A stretch of DNA of 60,371 nt from the IMG/VR virus record IMGVR_UViG_3300026484_000003, positions 1 to 60,371 of that record. One strand, given 5' to 3'. Under the pieces are notes generated by a model. That model was not told the origin of the DNA and made no database searches. It saw only the letters and a program-made list of their open reading frames with translations. The position numbers and the translations under genes were made by a program. This DNA comes from a virus. Taxonomy: Duplodnaviria; Caudoviricetes. Shown piece after piece: positions 54,894-60,371 of the stretch (its first letter is position 1; every line of letters begins with the position of its first letter).

Positions 54894-56423
54894 TTAAATT
54901 TCTCTCGTAATGGTGCTTCTTACAACACCTTTTCTCATAACGCCTTCCATGACTGCGATAAACTCGACTACAACTGTATCGTTGTTCTCATCGTAAACAT
55001 CAAATCTGAATGGTGTCTGTGCATCATCATCAAAAAACGCATTTGCCTGACAATTCTCAAAGAAAATACGGGCTTCATTGCTTACAAATGACTTTGCAAC
55101 GGAAATGTTTTTGAACATTTGACTGTCAAGATAGATACCAAGTGTTCTTTTGATGTAACCCACTGCATCTGCTACGGGGAAACTCATAAGATCAGTCTCT
55201 TTCATAAGACCACTCAACACATCTGTAATACAGATTTTCCCATCAATGTCCTCAATGGTATTGATACGCTCTTTTGTCAGAAGTGTTTTTTCATCATCTG
55301 AAAGCTTCTCAATGTCATACGGTGTGATGCGTGGGATTGAGTGATAGATACCTGCAATACCACTAATGCGATACTCTGCTCTTTTCAGTTTTCGGTAAAT
55401 GTTTCTTGCAACACTTCTACCGGCAATAAATCCACTTAGTCCGATATTTTGCGTGCCTGACTTGAACTTGTACTCTGTTCTGTTCCAAATCCAGTACACC
55501 ATTTCATCACTAAACCCCAGTGACGCTTTCTGCTGTGTTGCGATAGCAAGCGTTGGTGCCTTGATGTCAACAATGTACCCGATAGTAGCTTTGTCTGAAA
55601 CCCTCTTCATCATTTTAAGAAGTTCTGCATCTGTTTGACCGAATGAAGCCATATAGTCCGATTTGCTCGCTACTGCATTAAGTACAGCTTCATAATGTGT
55701 TACATTGATGTCTCCGCTCTCAAAAGCCAATCCGTCAAAAGTTCCTGTGACGCTAAAATCTTCCATGTAGTTATCGTGGGATCTATTGATCTTGATACCA
55801 ATAATTCTGTCGTCCGCAATGTTCCCGATATAGTTACTTTCACCATAGTCGTCAACACTGTTAACATTTGCACTTCCTGTTACCTTGTATAGCCTGTTCC
55901 CGAACTCATCTTGAATGATAATAGTCATCATCTCTTCTACATTCTTAATATCTACAGTGACTATCTTTTCTGGGCAAAGCTTAATCAGTAGCTCAATCGC
56001 TTCTGATGGCGTATCATCTCCCCAGTCTTTCATTGAATCAACTTCTCCGAAAATGTTGATAGAATCATCACTTGGTGTGATATATGGATCGCCCTCATCT
56101 GGCTTAGAAAAATAAAGTGGATACACTTTAGACCCAGAACCAAGCAACCTACCGAGATAAACTCTTCCCTGATACCCGCCAAAGTAGTCTTTGAGATGAT
56201 AAAGTGTCTCATTCTTAGGAGACCCACCGTTGATCGTTTTGATGCTTTTCGTTTTCTCTACTGCACTTGTAATATTCAAGGCATAAAGAGGGTTCCCGAT
56301 AGGCATATACCCAACACCACAAATTGCACCGGCTTCACGCGGTGCTACCCTTTCGGTAAGGTCTCTTGTGGCTTCAATGTAGATACTCGGAAAAATCTCT
56401 TCCTTGTTTGTTAACCTACCCAT
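54894..56423 (-). CDS. Tail sheath protein
   Basis: 509 aa; ERINTI...ITDVLS; C-terminal VEF..VMEGVMRK. Confidence 0.75.
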   Translation of the reverse strand: MGRLTNKEEIFPSIYIEATRDLTERVAPREAGAICGVGYMPIGNPLYALNITSAVEKTKSIKTINGGSPKNETLYHLKDYFGGYQGRVYLGRLLGSGSKVYPLYFSKPDEGDPYITPSDDSINIFGEVDSMKDWGDDTPSEAIELLIKLCPEKIVTVDIKNVEEMMTIIIQDEFGNRLYKVTGSANVNSVDDYGESNYIGNIADDRIIGIKINRSHDNYMEDFSVTGTFDGLAFESGDINVTHYEAVLNAVASKSDYMASFGQTDAELLKMMKRVSDKATIGYIVDIKAPTLAIATQQKASLGFSDEMVYWIWNRTEYKFKSGTQNIGLSGFIAGRSVARNIYRKLKRAEYRISGIAGIYHSIPRITPYDIEKLSDDEKTLLTKERINTIEDIDGKICITDVLSGLMKETDLMSFPVADAVGYIKRTLGIYLDSQMFKNISVAKSFVSNEARIFFENCQANAFFDDDAQTPFRFDVYDENNDTVVVEFIAVMEGVMRKGVVRSTITREI

Positions 56424-56424
56424 A

Positions 56425-56835
56425 CTAGCCTACCTTTACTCTGTACTCTTCGATGTCTGCATCTGGGTACTGCTCTGCAAACTCAACATCTGCCAAAAGT
56501 TTGCCTCCAAACTCTTCTTGAAGTGCTTTTACTTCCGCTTTTACCGCGTTTGAACCGTTCAAAGCACCGTCTTGCTTGATGAGTTCTGCCGGATATGCAA
56601 CATGGTCAACATCTTTTGTGTCTTTTTTGCCTTTGGTATCTTCCCGCTTTTTCTCCGGCTTAAACACCTTGATAGACTCATATCCAATTTTTACTATCAC
56701 ACCTTGTTCTGCGATTTTCGCCATTTCATCTTTTGTGATCGCCTCTTCTCTGATGAAAAGCTTGCTTCCGCTTTTTACTTCAACGCCCCCCAATGTGATT
56801 GGAGAGCCAGAAGTGTTACTTACTGCTTTACGCAT
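56425..56835 (-). CDS. Hypothetical virion protein
   Basis: Between the capsid and sheath genes; AAGGGG RBS. Confidence 0.65.
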   Translation of the reverse strand: MRKAVSNTSGSPITLGGVEVKSGSKLFIREEAITKDEMAKIAEQGVIVKIGYESIKVFKPEKKREDTKGKKDTKDVDHVAYPAELIKQDGALNGSNAVKAEVKALQEEFGGKLLADVEFAEQYPDADIEEYRVKVG

Positions 56836-56849
56836 TGTTCACCCCTTTC

Positions 56850-58502
56850 TTAGTGTGTTTTGAATAGGATTTTCTTAGCGAGTTTGCGTGCATGTGGGTC
56901 TTTGTTTGAATCAAGGACGATTTTACCCTCAAGCGCTATTTTCTGCTCACTGTTGTCATTGATTTTCAGATCAACCGGTACGATTGGAAGTCCGACGCCA
57001 TAGATAACAGCTCTTTTCGCAGGATCGGCAGGGGTACCGATAGTCAAAAGTGTGTTGTAAACATTTTTTGTTGCATCGGAGTTAACTACACCTTCCTCAT
57101 CTACCCGTGGGTATTTGTCGTCATGTCGTGGATCGTAGTATGCAGGATATTTACCATCAAGATAGCCCAAGAACTTGAATGTATTGGCTGTGTTTGTGTC
57201 TCTGATAGTAAGCCCGTCAGTGTTTTTCGACATCATTCCAAACGCATCAATAAGCCCTTTCCCCCCGATTACAATTACATTGTCTGTAAGCATCGACTCC
57301 TCAAGAATTTCAACGGATGCAGAGTCGATAGCCACTGTGAGCAGTTTGTATGCCTCGTTTGTGGTTGCAAGACCTCTGTTTACTGTCAGGTCGATTGGAG
57401 TACCTGAATGTGTAGCAAATCTTGATGCAAGATCAATTTTCTTCCCGAGAATTTCAGAGGCGATTTTCTGCCCTGCTACTTGCAGACCTGTTGGAAGCAG
57501 TGAATGTCCTACTTGTTGTTGCACCTGTCTGATGTCAAGCATATTCGCTTTTGTTCCGATAGTAACTGGGTGTGCAATGTATGTGAAGTCCTGAATATTT
57601 GAACCAACAAACCCTCTGATCTTTCCGATTTTTTCAGGGGAAAGAGAAGTAGATACATAAAGCTTTGTTCCAACTGGCAATGCACCATCGTCAACTGTAA
57701 CTTCAATCTTACCATCATCGTAGGTAAGTTTCATCGTAACTTGACCGCCATCGAGTGTTACTGTTCTGATCGGATTTGTTTCCTGTGCAGATACTTCATA
57801 GTCATTGAGGACAATACCTGTGTCACCCAAGATCAACTCTGTCACTCCTCTACCGATTGCATATGAAGAGGAAGAAGTTTTTTCAGTCGCTGTAAACACA
57901 TATTCTGTCACATCGCTTTCAACTTCCTGTACCATATCTCTGGAAGCCAGTGCCATAGCCTTAGATATGTTTTTAGGTGTGAGGATTGTTTTATCTTCAA
58001 TATCACCCATCCCATCAGTCACTTCTGGGTTAACGCTGTAGATTTTGAACTTTGTATTGTTTTTGTCTCCGCCTCTCAATGCTTCCATGTCTGCAATATT
58101 TCCATCAAGACCGGCAATGTTTGAGTTCAGGATAACATACTGGTTAAACGCTGTAGCTGTTGCAACAACCGCTGAACCATCTACTGTATTGATACCGTCC
58201 ATTGTGACAAGCTGATCTGCAAGTGCCTCTACTGTGTGGATAGAAAGATCAATCGCATCTGCTGTAACAAGTACACCGTTCTCTTTCGCCATAGCAACAC
58301 TGGATGCAAGAATACCTGCCAAGCTCTCTGCGTTCTCATCTTGTGCAAGAATAGTATCAAGTTTAACAAGCCCCTTGTTCTCATCATCGTGTGTAACCTT
58401 GTCAAATACCGCATCAAGCGTTACGGCTTCATTTGCACCACTAAGTGCTACTGCCAGACCTTTAAGTCTGGATTCCCTGTTTTGTACTGTACTCTTAGAC
58501 AT
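56850..58502 (-). CDS. Major capsid protein precursor (P1 gp23-like size)
   Basis: 550 aa; first gene of a structural operon; helical N-terminal propeptide-like region with xLD/xMD motifs. Confidence 0.75.
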   Translation of the reverse strand: MSKSTVQNRESRLKGLAVALSGANEAVTLDAVFDKVTHDDENKGLVKLDTILAQDENAESLAGILASSVAMAKENGVLVTADAIDLSIHTVEALADQLVTMDGINTVDGSAVVATATAFNQYVILNSNIAGLDGNIADMEALRGGDKNNTKFKIYSVNPEVTDGMGDIEDKTILTPKNISKAMALASRDMVQEVESDVTEYVFTATEKTSSSSYAIGRGVTELILGDTGIVLNDYEVSAQETNPIRTVTLDGGQVTMKLTYDDGKIEVTVDDGALPVGTKLYVSTSLSPEKIGKIRGFVGSNIQDFTYIAHPVTIGTKANMLDIRQVQQQVGHSLLPTGLQVAGQKIASEILGKKIDLASRFATHSGTPIDLTVNRGLATTNEAYKLLTVAIDSASVEILEESMLTDNVIVIGGKGLIDAFGMMSKNTDGLTIRDTNTANTFKFLGYLDGKYPAYYDPRHDDKYPRVDEEGVVNSDATKNVYNTLLTIGTPADPAKRAVIYGVGLPIVPVDLKINDNSEQKIALEGKIVLDSNKDPHARKLAKKILFKTH

Positions 58503-58538
58503 TTTTTATTTCCCTTTATGTTGGTTTTAGAGTCTTTA

Positions 58539-58569
58539 ATTGTAACGGATTTAAAAAGACTAAATTCAA
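58539..58569 (-). promoter_or_regulatory. Putative late promoter TTGAAT-N19-TACAAT (capsid operon)
   Basis: Shared architecture with the other late promoters. Confidence 0.7.
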
Positions 58570-58684
58570 AGGTTTTTTTATGGTATTTTTAAGAGTTTTA
58601 TTGATAGCGTATTTCAATATCAAACAAGATACAAAATTGAATACATGAATTTAATAAAGGTTAATATAATGAATTGTTATAGAT

Positions 58685-58705
58685 AGGCTTGAGTGTTTCA
58701 AGCCT
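58685..58705 (-). terminator. Hairpin, possible terminator of the ssb operon
   Basis: AGGCTTGA-N5-TCAAGCCT; weak U tail. Confidence 0.45.
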
Positions 58706-58848
58706 GTATTGTATTGTGTTTGTCCCGGCCATCTGTATTCTTGCTGTGGTTGCTGATACTGATCGTGTTCCCGATGTCGGGAGGTCGTTTCGTTTTTGTC
58801 TCCAAGCATCTGTAAGCTTTCAACCGTGATACCATGTTTGCTTCTCTT
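58706..58848 (-). pseudogene. Remnant of a second ssb gene (3' part)
   Basis: KRSKHGITVESLQMLGDK versus the intact SSB KRSKHSVTVENLQMLGSR; preceded by an in-frame TAG. Confidence 0.85.
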
Positions 58849-58864
58849 CTATGGGAAAGGTCGC

Positions 58865-59449
58865 TTATTCCCCATTTTTTACCTTTCTTTTTATATATTC
58901 TACTCTTTTCTTGAGCTTTTTGAGCCGATGAGGTGTGCCTTTTTCGTGCTTTGACACTTTCGCTTTTTTAGCTTTCGCGGGCTTCGAGATGATAGCCCCT
59001 AGCCCGTCTCTCGTTTGAGTTGCGTCTGTTCCGCATATCTCGTTCAGCTTTGCGTCTATCTCCAACGCTGATGTTAAGTATTGACTCTTTTTCTCATCAG
59101 CAATCAACTGCGATGTTCGATAAGCCGATAACCCGAAAAACTTCTTATAGTGATCTCTAGGTATAAGTGAGCCGATCATTTCAACGAATACTTCAAGCTC
59201 ATAGCTTGTGACCGTGTTTGACCCGTATGTATCACACAGTATCTCCCACGCACTCAACACATCGTCACGCACTCGAAAATAAGCCCTAGGCGAGAGATGA
59301 TGGAACACCTTCAGGGCTTTTTCGATTTGCAAAGATAGCCCTACAAGCTTGGGGTCTCCGCTCATTCCCGTGTTTAGAAGCGAACCTAGGATTATGCCCA
59401 CCGCTAGGCACTTCTCCACTTGTGGGCTTGGTTTTTTACTTTTTTTCAT
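58865..59449 (-). CDS. Hypothetical protein
   Basis: ATGA-coupled to the upstream ORF. Confidence 0.7.
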   Translation of the reverse strand: MKKSKKPSPQVEKCLAVGIILGSLLNTGMSGDPKLVGLSLQIEKALKVFHHLSPRAYFRVRDDVLSAWEILCDTYGSNTVTSYELEVFVEMIGSLIPRDHYKKFFGLSAYRTSQLIADEKKSQYLTSALEIDAKLNEICGTDATQTRDGLGAIISKPAKAKKAKVSKHEKGTPHRLKKLKKRVEYIKRKVKNGE

Positions 59450-59841
59450 CTTTGTTCCTCCAGTAATTCTTTCGCAAATTCGTAAAATTCCAACAACTGC
59501 TTATTGATCGAAACATTGCTGTGTGCCATGTTGTCGATACGCGTGAAAAGCCCGAATACTACATATCTCCTAAGAGATTTTGACCGCTCCTCTATTATCT
59601 CAAGCAGTCCGTCTTCCCCGTAAATCTCTTCAAGCTCAAAAAACATATCGTGCGAATTATTCCAAATTCGCTTCCGCTTTGCTTTAATTTTGTCGAGATA
59701 CGCGACATTCACATACTCAACACTGTCAATTTTCTTTATATATTTTTCCGCGTTTCCGTTTCGCATTGCGTAGCGAAACACTCCTTTTTGGACTTTGTAC
59801 AGTTCGCAATACTTGCGGATAGGGATCCATTTATTTAGCAT
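59446..59841 (-). CDS. Hypothetical, possibly DNA-binding protein
   Basis: AGGAGG RBS; WIPIRKYCELYKV is HTH-like. Confidence 0.7.
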   Translation of the reverse strand: MLNKWIPIRKYCELYKVQKGVFRYAMRNGNAEKYIKKIDSVEYVNVAYLDKIKAKRKRIWNNSHDMFFELEEIYGEDGLLEIIEERSKSLRRYVVFGLFTRIDNMAHSNVSINKQLLEFYEFAKELLEEQR

Positions 59842-59895
59842 TTTTTAGCTCCTATTGCGTTATCCACTCATCATTTTTTCTGTTAATACCCTCTC

Positions 59896-60371
59896 CTAAA
59901 ACGGTATTTCATCTTCGTTGATGTCAATTTCTAGGATGTGTGACGCTTGTTGATGTTGTGGTTTAGGGGCAGGTGGTTGGTTGTACGCAGGAGCAGGCTG
60001 ACTGTAGCCACCCTGTCCCCCATTGGGTTGGGCAGGTTGTGTATGGGTACCACCCGTGGTAGGCTGATTGTATCCGCCACCATTTGCTTGTGCTTCATCA
60101 CGGCTACCGAGCATCTGTAGGTTCTCTACTGTGACGGAGTGCTTACTTCTTTTTGTGCCATCCTGTGCTGTCCACTGGTCGAGCTTCAGTCGTCCATCTA
60201 CTAAAACTTTACTCCCTTTACGCAAATACTGGTTAGCCACCTCGGCAGTCCGACCAAAGAAGGTAAGGTCAACAAAAAGCACTTCCTCTTTCTGCTCACC
60301 TGTTTGAGATTTGAATTTACGAGAGGTTGCGATGGCAGTATTACCAATAGCACTTCCGCCCTGTGTGTATC
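59896..60371 (-). CDS. ssb: Single-stranded DNA-binding protein, 3' part
   Basis: FFGRTAEVANQYLRKGSKVLVDGRL...; G/Q/P linker; acidic tip DINEDEIPF. Confidence 0.96.
   Translation of the reverse strand, partial: YTQGGSAIGNTAIATSRKFKSQTGEQKEEVLFVDLTFFGRTAEVANQYLRKGSKVLVDGRLKLDQWTAQDGTKRSKHSVTVENLQMLGSRDEAQANGGGYNQPTTGGTHTQPAQPNGGQGGYSQPAPAYNQPPAPKPQHQQASHILEIDINEDEIPF
60245..60371. repeat. Terminal 127-bp direct repeat (copy 2)
   Basis: Identical to 1-127. Confidence 0.95.

Larger units (their letters stand above)
1..60371. mobile_element. Complete circular-assembling tailed phage genome with a P1-like contractile-tail virion module; probable Campylobacterota host
   Basis: Terminase, portal, protease, capsid, sheath, tube, baseplate, lysis, recombination and replication genes are present. 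No host housekeeping genes seen. The ends overlap by 127 nt. Confidence 0.93.

Noticed and set aside
5576-58592. Numerous + strand ORFs antisense to the structural and dar genes (e.g. 7184-7558, 19984-20433, 54065-54490, 57175-57594)
   Set aside because: They are Ser/Phe/Leu-rich shadows of well-supported minus-strand genes, with no evident RBS or motifs.
1-60371. tRNA/rRNA genes or stop-codon reassignment
   Set aside because: No cloverleaf was recognised by eye, and long genes read through in the standard code. A tRNAscan/Infernal run would be needed to exclude small RNAs.

Overview
The window is an apparently complete, circularly assembled tailed-phage genome of about 60,244 bp. Its first 127 nt are repeated exactly at the end, and the ssb gene runs across the join. 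The SSB, a beta-clamp-like domain and the TTAAG/extended -10 promoters point to a Campylobacterota host (inference). The virion module is contractile-tailed and P1-like in content: PacB-like terminase, portal, prohead protease, two acidic/basic core proteins, major capsid, sheath, tube, baseplate, tape measure with lysozyme, and an amidase/holin/spanin-like lysis block. The most interesting part is a roughly 12.6 kb 'Dar' head-cargo cassette at 4676-17266. It encodes a DarB-like methylase-SNF2 helicase, a beta-clamp + DarA_C-like + InPase fusion, a protein ending in an Acb1-like 2H phosphoesterase, and a DarA_N + DUF2958-like protein. A hydrophobic-D-[AS]-[IV] motif, abundant in the head proteins, sits just before several cargo domains, which suggests polyproteins cut by the prohead protease. 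Six late operons share a TT[GT]AA[AT]-N19-TA[CT][AC][AC]T promoter, and a MerR-like HTH gene lies near the terminase. Five GGTAA-N5-TTACC operators overlap early promoters. The early region is a mosaic with many deletion remnants, and no integrase, partition gene or intact CI was recognised. All family assignments come from motif recognition by eye and need HMM or structure confirmation.
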